A DNA stretch of 64,000 bases, from positions 106,392,001 through 106,456,000 of the forward strand of contig OX597820.1 of assembly GCA_951406725.2 (NCBI GenBank), written 5' to 3'. Below the pieces are notes generated by a model, which did no database searches, was not told the origin of the DNA, and was given only the letters and a program-made list of their open reading frames with translations. This stretch comes from Octopus vulgaris (lineage: Eukaryota). This document shows, one piece after another, positions 26,716 to 40,546 of this stretch; the first letter of the stretch is position 1, and each line of letters opens with the position of its first letter. Both the position numbers and the translations under genes were made by a program.

Positions 26716-28599
26716 AAAACAATAATGCTAAAAGACAGACAAAAACAAATACATAATTTGTTGTTTCTTTGTTATTTATCTAACTCCAACTCAGGACATC
26801 TTAGAATAGCTGAACTTACGCCTTATTGGCTCAGCAATTCATGTTCTGTTAGTTTTATTTTTGTGTATGTGACCAAAACACTTAATTTTTTTAATAGCCA
26901 ACTCCTCTTAACTCCAAGTAAATATCACATATGGTGGTCTAACTTTCTAGTGTGTGTCTGGGCGACAGCAGGAGCACTATGAAATTGATCAGTGGTTTAT
27001 TGTTTTTGCAGTGCTGCAAAATTACCTGAAATGATCTGGTCTTCTATTATCTAGGGCTAGGATTGCCTCTCAGTCTATTTAATAGCACAGAAATCAAGAG
27101 AGAAACATCAGCCTAGGGTGAGATGTGTGTGTGTGCATGTGCACATGCACGCGAAGATTCACAGTAAGGCAAAGTTCATATCACGGTTGTGAAAAGTTCT
27201 CCATGTGTGTGTGTTTTAATAAATAGATAAAACAATTGAGAAGAAAGAGGTAAACAATACCAGTTAGAAACCTTACTTCATGCTGTCAACTTTGAACTGA
27301 AGTATTGTAACTACATGTTTAAATGAATAATACAAAATAGGTTAAAGAATTAAGCTAAAAACTTTATAACAGCCATTAAATACTCTGGCTGTAAAAACAT
27401 GCAATTTATTTGTCAAAACATTTACAACATACCAATGGAAATATTTCACAACATATCAATGGAAACATTTTAAAATAAATAAACTTACATGTTTGGGAAA
27501 TTCTAGAAGGAAAATAAATGTCAGAAATATATTTCAATTTCGTTTTTAATTTAATGCTGCTGATGATGACTTAGATAATAGAATTTTAAATATACAGTTG
27601 TATATTTCAAGGCAGCTGTTAATTAAATCAGGTGATAGCGGGTTAGTTTCAAGTTTTGTAAAAATACAGCTCTAGATATGATACTAGATTGTGACAAGTA
27701 ACTAACCCAACCCTGCTATATCTCCTCTACCATCACAGCTGTGTGAACTGAAGCTTACAGAGCTAAGGGACCAGCCCAAAGTCATAAAAAAATACCTGCA
27801 ACAACAATGAACTTTTAAACCAAAAGTGGATAGACCATCTAACATCTAGCTCTGTGTTATTGATTTCTCCGAGGAATCTTTGTGTGTGTGTGTGTGCGTG
27901 TGTATAATGTAAAAGAATAAGGATTTGGAATCTGGGCAGGTACATTTTGAGTACTCTGATATAATCCAGATGTGGCTAACCACATTGAATGATAGGGAAC
28001 ATTCAGAATCATTTAAGATAACAATTAAACTCAACTCTATTTGGTACTTCATTACATTTCATACAGCATACTGGATATATAATCAAGACATTATGAAGGA
28101 AAATGGGAAATTATACATCTCCAAAATTTATTCATTAAAGTAGTATTTTCATCTAATTCCAATGCGTCTTGTATTTCTGCTGGATAAGTGTTCTAGTGTC
28201 CTTTAATGTGGCAGTTATGTGCATTTAGTTTATTTAAATTAAATCAGTTGCAGTACATATTTGTCCACAGGGTGACATTCTTAGGCAGCTTTATTCAAGG
28301 TATTATATATAATGTGTGTGTGTGTGTGCATTTGTGTCCCTTTGTTGTCTTGACATTGCGTGTAGTTGTAAGATGCTTGTTGCTGTCATACATGTTTGGC
28401 CATTGGTAACTATTAGCATGCTTGAAAACAAGTGAGGGTTAGAAACAGGAAAGACATCCAGCTACAGAAAATCTGCATCAGTAAACACCATCTGACCCAT
28501 GCCAGCATGCAAAAGTGGATGTTAAATTATGGTAATGACAATGATGATAATGATACATACATACATGATATATGCATCTATATATATATATATATATAT

Positions 28600-28925
28600 A
28601 GTCCCACTGTGTGGCACCTTGGGCAAGTGTCTTCTACTATAGCCTCAGGCCAAACAAAACCTTCAGTGGATTTTGTAGGCAGAAACTAAAAGAAGCCCAT
28701 TGTGTGTATGTGTCTTTGTATCAGTGTTTGTCCCCTACCACTCGCTGCTTGACAAATGGTGTTGGGGTATTTACATAACTTAGTTTTTCAGCAATAGAGA
28801 CCAACAGAATAAGTACCAAGCTTAAAAACAAAAGAAAAAAGTTCTGGTGTTGATTCATTTGACAAAAAAGTGAAGACAGTGCCCCAGCATGGGGTTACAG
28901 TCTGATGACTGAAACAAGAAAAAGA
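28600..28925 (+). mobile_element. SINE family A
   Basis: GGCACCTTGGGCAAGTGTCTTCTACTATAGCC ... GACTGAAACAAGAAAAAGA. An inverted head copy follows at ~28960-29110. Confidence 0.8.
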
Positions 28926-30219
28926 TACAAGATATATATGTATATGTGATTGGGTTTTTTTTTTCCCATTTACTAAACCCACTTTGAAGGTTTTGGTTGG
29001 CCTGGTGCTACCGTAGAAGACACTGACCCCAAGATACCATGCAGTGGGACTGAACCCAGGGCCATGTAGTTGGGAAGTGGACTGCTTAACAATGCAGCTA
29101 GGCTTGTGCCTTGAATGAAAAAGAAAGGCGTCTGCAAGCCAGTCGATAAGACTGTAATTGGAAATAATCCCATGGCTACAACAACTTAATATGATTTATT
29201 GTTAAGAAAAACCAGTTTGTGTTTTATTATAAAAGTTATCCCTTGCGTTTTCTAGTCATTTATTACAGACAAGAAAACAAATATTTTCTCTGTTTATAGC
29301 AGAGATTTTACTCTGGCTGACTGCCTGGCATTAGTGATGTATGATTGGCTTAACCATGAAACTGTTTAATTACCTGCAGGTGGGTCTTATCTCAAATGAG
29401 AAAATGACTGAATTAATAGATAAGATAAATGGAAAATAACCATTATATATTGGCTAACTTCTATTATCTTGACTTTTACATCAAAGTAGATGTTGACACT
29501 GTATTTATACTCCATTGCTGTGTCATTGTTGAGTTTTTTGTAGCACGCAGGGCGAAATGCTTAGTGGCACTTCGTCTGTCTGCACATTCTGAGTTCAAAT
29601 TCTACCGAGGTCGACTTTGCCTTTCATCCTTTCAGGGTCGATAAATTAAGTACCAGTTGAGTACTGGGGTCAATGTAATTTATCCCCTCTCCAAATTTCA
29701 GGCCTTGTGCCTGAGGTCAGCTTTGCCTTTCATCCTTTCAGGGTTGATAAAATAAGTCCCAGTTGAACACTGGAGTCAGTGTAATTGACTTATCCTTTCC
29801 CCACAATGGTTGGCAATCATCATCATCATCACTATTATTATTATAACAACAAAAGTTATTTTACTAAATTCTTCGTTATTTTCAAAATTAACAAAGACAA
29901 AGACAATAATGCTTCACAGAAATATGGTAACAGTGTTGATTAGTTTGTAAAGTCTGATATATTAAGTACAGTTGTAAAATTAAATCAAATCCCTCTAAAA
30001 TCCCATTTCATCTTAAATAGGGAAAGGACATATATAATGTCTTATGTGCTCTTAATAGATAGGATGGTCACAAACGGAATGCTTTTGATCATAGGTCTGC
30101 TTGATCAGGGTTGCTCTGGGGCTAAGCTACATAAATGTTTCAGTCATTGAGGGGACTCTAGTCAATTGACCTGCACTAGTCAAATCTCTTTTATAATCTT
30201 CAGAAAAGGGCCTCATGCT

Positions 30220-30655
30220 TTAACCCTTTTAATACCAATCTGTCTGAAACTGTCTCTGGTCCTATTATAACAAACTTCCTGTTTTAAGGTGATCTAAATT
30301 AAACCCTTCCATTAAAATTTCATGCTAATTTATATCCCAAATACCAGTTTAATAACAGTTTCAAATTTTAGCAGAGGATCAGCAGTTTTTTAAGAGGGTG
30401 GTGAAGTCAAATTCCATCAATGCCAGTACTCGCCTGGTACTTATTTTATCAACCCCAAAAGGATGAAAGGTGAATTTGATCTCAGCAGTATTCAAACTCA
30501 GAACACAAAGACAGAGGAAATGCCATTAAGCAATTTACTCAGCATGCTAACAGTTCTGCCAGCTTGATGCCTTATACCAACATAGTTATGATAAAGTTAT
30601 TTTCTAAATTCTTCATTATTTAAAAAATCAATTGAATCAAAGGCAGTGTTTCAAA
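30220..30655. mobile_element. piggyBac-like MITE family 2, interrupted by a family C SINE (30355-30572)
   Basis: TTAACCCTTTT(G)ATACCAA ... TTTTAAAGTGATCTAAATTAAAACC ... AATTGAAACAAAGGCAGTGT family. Copies at ~22330-22805, 23610-23820, 31410-31530, 44026-44410, 47380-47580, 51430-51660, 58962-59190, 60298-60516 and 61211-61430. Confidence 0.65.
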
Positions 30656-32137
30656 AGTGAAGTGCTAAATCTTTTGATCATTATGTCCCACCTTGCAATG
30701 GTCATATTTAGACATGTAAATTGAATGGGTTAGTTAGAATGTTTCCCCGGTGTGATCATGGCTGTTCAACAATAATTAGCATTTTAAACATTTTTAAAAT
30801 TAATCAACCAGACATATTTAGTTCAAACCTTTTTCTTCGCATGAATGTAATCTTTTTTTGTTTTTTAATTATTTAATTGACTTATTATTTGGTTGAGTGA
30901 AATGTATCACTCTTTTACATAAAACAATGGATTTTTAAAATATATGAAAAGACTACTTTCCAATCATCTAAATTATACTGAAATGCTGTTACTCTCATTA
31001 GTGAATGATTTAGAAAACACCATTAAACTAGATCTTTCCAGAAGTTATAAAATACAAGATTAAATGGAAGAAAAAAAAAGTATTTGATTTATGCCTTTGA
31101 ATTGTTGTGTAAAATGAAGCTACACTGAAAATCTGTATTTTTGTTCATGTTATTTTTAGAAGAGAATATTTCTTTATTAATACCAAATTTACTACAAAAT
31201 GTTATTGCATTGCTAACAGTGTTAATGCTCTTTTTTTTTTACTGATGATTTTAAAGTTCATTTTGTTTTTCAATTTTTTTTTTTTTCCATTGATAATTTT
31301 CATTCTTTACTCTGAATTTTATTTTAAATGTTTTGGCATATTGTAATTTTTTTTTTTCCGCATTTAATATTGATTAAATTTTAATGTATACCTGGTGCTA
31401 TCTATTTTCTTTAACCCCTTTGATACCAACCTACCTCAGATAGCTTTAGTTCTATTTTACAAACATTATGTTTTAAAGTGATCAAAATCAAAACCTGTTA
31501 AAATTTCATGTTAATTTATATTCCAACACTATGCCATATACCCATGGGCATATGGCATAGCTTGAGGTATTTTCCTCTGGTTCTTTTACATTCTGAGATC
31601 AACTTTGCCTTTCATCCCTCCAGAGTTGGTATAAAATAAAATACTAGTCAAATAATGGGGTAGATGGCATCGACTAATTAAATTGATGGTCTGGGGCTTA
31701 TTCATCAACCTCAAAATTAGGAAAGTGAACTTGCAAATTCATTGGAGCATCAGAGAAAATGCTTTATGGTGTGACTCTGACCATATTCTATGTTAAAATT
31801 CTAACGAGGTCAACTTTCCTTTTCCTCCCTCCGGGATTGCCAAGATATGGTACTAGTCTAGTACAGGGACCAATGGTATCAACTAATTAAATTGATAGTC
31901 TTGTGCTTAACTTTTACTTTTGGTAGGATTTGAACTCAGATCACAGAGAACTGGACCAAATAACTCAAGACCTTCCTTCCAACACTCTAATGACTCCACT
32001 AAATCACCATTCTATAATTTGATAGAATAATTTAATAGACATTCTTATAATAACATGTCAAAGTGTTCTATAAAACATCAAATGAAGACTGAATTTCTGA
32101 CATATTTAACTGAATGACCGCTTCTTAACTTTTACAG

Positions 32138-32330
32138 GAGTTCTTCACAAGGTGTCTTAGACATCAACAAGTTGAATATAAATTCGACTGCGGCGGCACC
32201 ACCAAGTCCAATACCGTCCCCTATACCAAAACCTGCTTCACCTGTGCCATCAAAACCTGTTACACCACCACCACCACCACCACCACCTCCACCTGCGCTG
32301 CCTGCTTCTTCTGGTTCTGGACCATCATCT
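32138..32330 (+). CDS. internal coding exon, proline-rich (SSSQGVLDINKLNINSTAAAPPSPIPSPIPKPASPVPSKPVTPPPPPPPPPPALPASSGSGPSS); gene unidentified
   Basis: Acceptor CTTCTTAACTTTTACAG|G and donor TCT|GTGAGT. The 193 nt are open in phase 2 to 0, GC/CpG-rich relative to the flanks and non-repetitive. Confidence 0.85.
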
Positions 32331-32629
32331 GTGAGTAACATCTAAAAAATATTTTTGTGGAAGAGATTTTTTTAGCTTTGTTTCTTATGTCAGACATCTA
32401 CTAAGTTTCCATCTGCTGAATTCTATTCACACAGAATTGGTTGACCCAAAGCAAAAATATGAGACACTTGCTCAAGGTATCACCTGGTGGGATTGAACCT
32501 AGAACCATGTAGTTGAAAAGTGAACTTGTTAGTCACACTACCATACCTGTACCTATGTAAATATATTTAGTATGGGTTACATTTTCGTGACACATAGTTC
32601 TTCAACACAGATGATGTCTATTTAAAAGA

Positions 32630-32665
<36 letters not shown>

Positions 32666-32828
32666 TATAATTGAATATAAATTCCTTAGTTACTATAATT
32701 TATTAGTTTCTTTTTGCATATTCTTAGTTTATGCATGTTTATGCAAATATAGTATTGGTATATCCCATTTATGTTCATTAGAAATTAAATAAAGAATTTT
32801 GACATGTACAAATATTTATTTCCCCCCA

Positions 32829-32862
<34 letters not shown>

Positions 32863-34618
32863 CTCACAGTGGCAAAGTGGCTGAGTTCCTTTCAAACATT
32901 GGACCTCACAGAGACAATGACTGAGACCTTTGGTATTATGTCATGCTTGAGAAGACCCATCAAGCCGAGCAAAATGGTAGTCATGGCAGATACTGGTGGC
33001 ACATAGAAGCACCCTTTACACTCTTAGAGTTGTTGGCTTTAGGAAGGGCATCCAGCTGTAGAAAACCATGCCAAATCAGACTGGAGTCTAGTGTAGCTTA
33101 CCAGCCCCAGTCAAACCATCCAACCAATGCTAGCATGGACAATGGATGTTAAATGGTGATGATAATGATATCATTTAATATTTATTAGTATTAATACCAA
33201 GAGGGAATATTTATCCCCACTTAAACATGGATGTTCTGTTAGAACAAAATATACCGTGGTATAACTACCACTGTATAGTTGGCTTTTGGTGCAAAGTACA
33301 CTCTTGTTTATATCACTGCCAGGGAGACAGATCATTTTATATATGCAATTACAAAGGAGTTACTAATAGTTCCATGCTTTAAGATACATTAAATTGATCC
33401 TATCTATAGTGGAACTGTAAACTATATATATAGATATATATATAAACTATATATATTTTTTAAATATAGAATAAAATCTTTATAAGAATTTATCAAGTAG
33501 TTAGTGTGAAAAACCTCATAAGAGAAAAATTTATTAATTTTTCCCTATAAATATATTTATTTATATTAAGGGCATTACTATACATAAATGTCTCACAATA
33601 GGAGGGACTCTTAAAGTAAAAACTACCATAGTAACCACATTGTACCGAATGCGAGGGAATGCGACTCTCAAAGCGAGCCTCCACAAACAGACTCAGCTGC
33701 ATATGCTTATTGGCATTTCTTTTGGCTCTCTACTTTCTGAGCTGAGGTCAACTTTGGGATTGATAAAATAAGTCCCAGCTGAGCACTGGGATTAATGTAA
33801 TCAACTGGCCCTAGCCCAAATTTCAAGCTTTGTGCCTATAGTAGAAAGGAATATTTATATAATCTTCTTGTATTGTTTGTCCATTATACTTTAGTTAGTT
33901 AGAGCTGTGGAGTAAGAGTGAGAGAGGGAGGGAGAGTGAAGAAAGAAGTAGGGAATGTTGATTAATATTAATACACTTAAACCAAATGCATCACATGGTC
34001 AGCTGAAGATAGAGGTGAAGAACAAGAGAAAAAGAGAGAGAGAGAGAAGTGTTAATGACGTGCAGTGTGGTGAAGGAATACTTATTACATGGTTAAAAAG
34101 TAAGCAGAAAGGGAAAGTGAAGAGAAAGAGATATAAAAATGCAAATGATCCTTTCTTTCTTAAATAGATCCTCTTAATTTTTTTTATTCCATGGAATTTA
34201 CATGAGTCTCACTAGTTATTATTAGTAATGAAATGAGCTGACAGAATTATTGGTGCATCAGACAAAATGTTTAGCAGCATTTCTTCTGACTTCAAATTCT
34301 GCCAAGGTGGACTCTATCTTTCATCATTTGGGGATTGATAAAATAAGTACAAGCTGAGTACTGGCATCAATGAAACTCCTCCCACTAAAATTGATGGCCT
34401 AGTGCCAAAATTTGAAACCAGCATTATTATTATTAGGCAAACTAGCAGAATCATTCACATGCTGGGGAAAATGCTTAGCAGCATTTCGTCCATCTTCACA
34501 TTCTAAGTTCAAATTCTACTAAGGTTCGATACAATGAGTTGTATTCAAACACTGGAATCAATGCAATCAACTTAGCCCCCTCCCCAAAATTTCATGCCTT
34601 GTGCCTATACTAGAAGAG

Positions 34619-34654
<36 letters not shown>

Positions 34655-37600
34655 TTACTGAGAAAGATTTATTTACTTCATTGGTGCAACTAACAATTTT
34701 TTCTTAGAGTATAGTGTGTAGTTTTGTCTTTGAAGTTATAATATAGTTTTATACTTTCAGCAGTCCTTGCACTTCTACAAGTTTTTTCAGGAATTTTTTG
34801 TATTATTTTTTTTTTAATAAAGACAAATCTTATACAAATAATGCTTTGAAAAATAAATTTGGGTTGATTGAAGAATACATTTTTAAGCAGTAGGCATGGG
34901 TATGTGGTTAAGAAGGCTGCTTCCCAATGATATGGTTTCAAATTCAGTCTCACTGTGTGACACTGGTCAAAATCCAGAATCTTATACTATAGTTCTGGTC
35001 AAACCAAGCCTTGTGAATGAATTTGGTAGATGGAAACTGAAAGAGGTCTATTATGTTTGTGTGTGTATATATTTGTTACCATTTGTGCTTACAAAAGTCA
35101 CATACTAGGTGCTTTTGAAGCTGTGTGAAATAAGAGGTCCCTTACTTGAAAAACAGGTAAGGGTTAACAACAATCAGTCTATAAAACAGTACTTTAATAA
35201 TATATACTTTTAACCCGTGCGAGCATGAAAAATGGACATTAAGCAAACAAACAAAAAGAATGTATGCAAACATAAAATAACTAACTAGTAGAAAGCTTTA
35301 GAAAGTTAAACTTTAGTTCATTGTTCTTTTATTATTTCTTATTGAGTTATATGCTTTTGAGTAATATTAACTCATAATGTATGTGCGCTGGCTAGACAAA
35401 ACCCTCACTATTTGTACAGATAGTGTCATTTCTTTAAGTCTAACATAAAAATATTTCCAGGCTTCTTGACATGTGCATGCATGCTTGGTTGTAAAAAAAA
35501 CTTAATCATTCATACAACAGGTATCATTTGTTTGCAGTCTTGTTTGCTTAATATGTATTATAGTATCAACTATTCACTGAATATTTGAAACAGTTATAAA
35601 GATATATTCAACATCTTTCAATATATGTAACATCTCATATAAATACATTCCTAATACCAATAATTGTTTGATATCCACTCAAAATTTGTCTTTCTTCTAG
35701 TCAACTCATTTGTTTCTAGAGTACTTTTCCCTAATTGAAAAGTTAGTCTGGATATAGCCATCTTAGGATATTATGGTGATTATAGCCATCTTGGGACATT
35801 ACAGGTCAAATGGATTGTGACTTGGCAGTCATTGGCAGCAAATTGTTAGTCATTAGAGTCATTAAAGCATTAATTTGACTGCCTTGCAGTATTTGTTCCA
35901 GATCTCAGCACTCATTATCATCACCATTTTACCGTCCACTTTGCCATGTGTGCATTGGCTGGATATGTTTATTGAAGCAGATTTTCTATGGCCAGATGCC
36001 CTTCCTATTACCAACAGTCACTTGGTTCCAAGCAAAGTAATATTTCCAAACAAGGATTTCACAATATTGGAAATGAATGTCATTATTTGTATGACAGTGA
36101 TGCTCAGTCACAACCATCACATGGTGTCGAGGGAAAGAGAAACACTCACACATACATACATATACAATGGGCTTCTTTCTATTTTTGGAGGCTATAGTAG
36201 AAGACACTTGCCCAGAGTGCTACGCAGTGAGACTGAACCTAAAGCCATGTGGTTGGGAAGCAAGCTTCATAACCACACAGCCATTCTTGTGCTTATAAAC
36301 AATCTCAGTTCAAATCCTACCAAGACCAGCTTTAGATCATTTCAAAACAGGAAGTATGTATTCTAGAATCAAGAGTGATTTAAAGAATTAATAATGACAG
36401 TAATTCTAAAATTAATTGAAATGAAGGCAGTGTATTTCATTAGGAATATGGTAATGAAATGATTAAAAGACATGTTTCTTGTAATCTTTTTGTTTGTTTT
36501 ATGTTTTGTGTTGTTGTTTTCCTAGTTTTTTGCATTCATTCACAAAAAAGAGAAAAGTAATTGATAGGCAGCAACACAGCAACAGACATCATGTATTGTT
36601 GTTAACACTTTAAATGAGTGAGATGACTTGAAACTTGAAACACTTGTGACAGCCACTTCAAATGTTAAATAGACAAGAGGTACGCAAGCTAACAGGAAAC
36701 TCTTTATTTGCTTTGACACAATCTCAAATTATACAACTTATGGTAGAATTCTCACTTAGTGGTGCTGAGATCTCTTTTGTTAAAATTATTTCTGATGTAA
36801 ATAACTCCATTATCTTATGGACTTAGTAAATAATGATAATGGAAGTGAAATGCATCCACAATGCTTCAAAAGTGAGTGGTACTGATTGTGATCAGTGTAC
36901 TTAGGACCATCTCAAAGAAAGCAATATTCTGGCATCAAATGCTGCAAATACCAAATTTCAAAGGAAATACTCAATTGGCAGCAATATTTGGAAGGGTTCA
37001 TGTGTTGAGAAAAGTATTGTGTCTCTTAGCTACGTGTTGGAGCTAAGATGTGACATAGATAACTCAGAAGTTAGAATGAAAATATTAATAATAATAATGA
37101 TGATTGCTCCCGTCCATATCAACATGTGAGTTGAAAGGAGAGGATATAAAAAGAAAACAAAAGAGAAAATAGCTTTTATAAATGAAAGAACAGAAGAAAC
37201 TGTGATGGAGGTGTGAATGTAATTTGAGTCCATGCTATGAGGGCACAATAGGGGGGACACTGGTGATTTTTGATTTTGCCTGGGATTGGGCAAATGTGTC
37301 TTCGATTGATTGCAGGATATAATTCTTTTATCATTCTGTTTTTTCAAATTAGATTGTTTTGATGCATCATGACACATTTTATGCCATGCAAATTGATCTA
37401 AGCAATGATCTTAACTTGATCTTAACTTTCCCAAGTTAAGCTGTAGAGATTTTACTGATTGCTTTAACTTAAGGACAGGTTACCACAATATCCTTCCACT
37501 TGTTGGCCAGACAGAAGAATTTTTGGAATGTGGTCATCTTTTATTCGAACAACATGTCCTACTGAATTCTCAGCAGCATACTTCGGATACTGGAGATATC

Positions 37601-38231
37601 ACATTTTTCTAAGATTTTGACTTTTGATGTCTCATCTTGCCATTTTATGTTGCAGATATTGCACAGACAGCACATGTGAAAGGTTTCAAGTTTCTTTATA
37701 TGTCTGTAGTAGGGAGTCCATGCTTCTGACCCTTATGAAAGTATGCTTAAAATACATTTATTTTAGTTTTCAGACTGGCACCGTGTTCATCCCACAAATG
37801 GTGGAAAAATTTTCCAAAAGCATTTGTAGCCTTAGATATTTTAACATTGATTTCTTCAAGAGTACTCTTAAAGTTTACTGTACTTCCAAGATATTTAAGT
37901 GACCTGATCCATTTGAGTGGCTTGTTGTCATTTGATTCTTGAGTATATTCTGCCCAAGGCTTTGGTTGGAATAAAACTTCAGTCTTCTTGATGCTGATAC
38001 TCAGTCAAAATGCAGAAGCTGCTGCTGCAAACCTGTCAACCATTTCCTGAATTCCTTCAAATGAATGAGAAATCAGAGTGCAATCATCAGCAAACAGAAA
38101 GTCACATAGAATCTCTTCCTTGGTCTTTTTCTTTGATCTGAAACTTTGCCCCTTCAGGTTTAGTAGACCTCTTTCTGTGCAAAACTGGAATTTTACAACT
38201 TTATGGTTATCCTTGAAAGCATGTTGGAGTA

Positions 38232-38930
38232 TCTCTCTTTACTCTCTTGTTTCGGTCATTTGACTGTGGCCATGCTGGAGCACCACCTTTAGTTGAGCAG
38301 ATTGACCCCAGGACTTATTCTTTGGAAGCCTATTACTTATTCTATCGGTCTTTTTTGCTGAACCACTAAGTTACGCGGATGTAAACACACCACCATCGGT
38401 TGTCAAGTGATGTTGGGGGGACAAACACAGATACATGAACATATACACACACATACATACTTATATATATATATATATATATATATACTACTAATATAGG
38501 ATGAAGTTTTTTTACAGAAAAAAAATTCCATCAAAAAATGTGGCAGCATATTAAAATACCTTTACGGTTAAAATTATAAACAACTTATAAATAAGGGCTA
38601 AAGAAAATTATTTCAATGCCAATATGCTGATAACAGACTTTTAAATCGTCAATTTCCACATATTATTTACTTGCTACAGAAAAAAACACGAAGAACTGAA
38701 ATCGGGGAAAGCTGGCCGATAGAATTTTTTTAAAAAGTTCATTTTTTTTTAAAATTCTATCGGCTGGCTTTCCCTGATTTCAGTTCTTCATGTTTTTTTC
38801 TGTAGCAAGTAAATAATATGTGGAAATTGACGATTTAAAAGTCTGTTATCAGCATATTGGCATTGAAATAATTTTCTTTAGCCCTTATTTATAAGTTATA
38901 TATATATATAGATGTATATATATATATATA

Positions 38931-39006
<76 letters not shown>

Positions 39007-39102
39007 TATATACGATGGGCTTCTTTCAATTTCCGTCTACCAAATCCACTCACAAAGCTTTGGTCGGCTTGAGGCTTTCGTAGAAGGCACTTGCCCAAGG
39101 TG
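38232..39102 (-). mobile_element. SINE family A inserted in the RTE relic, itself interrupted at its TA microsatellite
   Basis: Tail at 38232-38460 and head portion at 39005-39102, separated by (TA)n plus a foreign 410-bp insert. Confidence 0.85.
38582..38897. repeat. near-perfect inverted repeat, ~147-bp arms, ~20-nt spacer
   Basis: 38582-38728 is the reverse complement of 38751-38897; the four mismatches I found are all at CpG-derived positions. Confidence 0.95.
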
Positions 39103-39417
39103 AAAAAGTTACTGGTGCTAAAACACACCCCTGTTTGGTTCCAGTAGCAACAGAAAATGCCTCTACACATTGACTACTAGATATCACTGCTGTCATCCTT
39201 CTTAATAATAATAACAACAATAATAGTAATTTCAAATTTTGCTACAAGGGCAGCAATTTTGGAGAAGGGGATGAGTCAATTACATCAAGCCCAATGTTCA
39301 ACTGGTACTTATTTTATCAATCCCGAAAGGATGAAAGGCAAAGTCAACCTCAGCAGAATTTGAACTCAGAACATAAAGACAGAAGAAATTTTATTATGCA
39401 TTCTATCCAATGTGCTA

Positions 39418-39457
<40 letters not shown>

Positions 39458-39584
39458 TTGGAAAGTAGTTTATTACATTGTCCCCAGTACTTGTATTTCA
39501 TTTTGTCAGCCCTGGAGATATGAAATCCACTTGAGATGCTCATATTTGTCTATGTTGCTCAAATACATAACTGGCATTCTGTCG

Positions 39585-39870
39585 ATTACACTGGTGAGGG
39601 TCCCAGTTGACCGGATCAATGGAACAGCCTGCTCGTGAAATTAACATGCAAGTGGCTGAGATTTCCACAGATATGCATACTCTTAACATAGTTCTCGAGG
39701 AAATTCAGTGTGACACAGAATATGATAAGGCTGGCCTTTTGAAATGCAGGTACAACTCATTTTTGCCTGCTGAGTGAACTGGAGCAATGTGAAATGATGT
39801 TGTTTTGCTGAAGGAACAATGCGCCACTAGGAATCGAACTCATGACCTTACGATTGTGAGTCACATGCCT
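39585..39870 (-). mobile_element. tRNA-derived SINE, family D (CORE-like)
   Basis: Minus strand has a GAGTTCGATTCC B-box, then CCTTCAGCAAAACA...CACATTGCTCCAGTTCACTCAGC. A copy with a related head lies at ~57450-57720 (+). Confidence 0.6.
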
Positions 39871-40315
39871 TCATATATACATGGTTGTACTATACAAGGA
39901 TTGTACTAGGTGTGTATGTTAAATAGACATAATAACTCAGAAAAAATAACTCATTTTTGTTTATATTATGCAAATTACCCTCACCATAAATGTGTTCATT
40001 TCTTTTAGTATAAGTCTGCTGGCTATTGCTCAAGAAAGACATATCATGACTGTCCTTGTGTCTCCAAACAATAAGTCTATCCTGTTTTCTTATTGGCATG
40101 TCAGTTTTGGAAAATTCTTCATTCCTGAGATTTACTCCCTTTGTCATTTGATATTTAGTAATTATGACACATCCTCTCGAGACAGAGATAATTTTAATAA
40201 ATCATTTATGTTATATGGTATTGATCTACTTGTATTCGTCAGTGTATGTTCATGTTTGTGTGTTGTGTGTGCATGTATATGTGTGTGTATATTCATGTTT
40301 GTGTGTATGCATGTA

Positions 40316-40353
<38 letters not shown>

Positions 40354-40512
40354 AAGAGAGAGATACACTCACAGACATCCCATTTTCATATCTGAAACAG
40401 ATGTGATGGTGGAATGAGAGTAACACAATTTTCTTTACTGCAAGATTATTTTTGTTTTTAGTTCATTGTTATTAACGATTTTATGGTGGAAGTGGCAGCA
40501 GCAGCAGAGTAA

Positions 40513-40546
<34 letters not shown>

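Larger units (their letters stand above)
37220..39195 (-). mobile_element. RTE (BovB-like) LINE reverse transcriptase relic, split by a SINE
   Basis: Minus strand reads AFSVATGTKQGCVLAPVTF (39103-39190), then resumes below 38232 with ILQHAFKD...ILCDFLFADDCTLISHSFEGIQEMVDRFAAAASAF*LSISIKKTEVLFQPKP...LKYLGSTV...ISKATNAFGK. Contains stops and frameshifts. Confidence 0.9.

Noticed and set aside
32132-32341. Minus-strand Gly-rich 69-aa ORF
   Set aside because: Antisense shadow of the + strand proline-rich exon, which has canonical splice sites.
38620-38665. AATATG-CTGATAA-CAGAC...GTC...CATATT in the palindrome arm as a hammerhead
   Set aside because: No GAAA and no proper stem III, so it cannot be supported.
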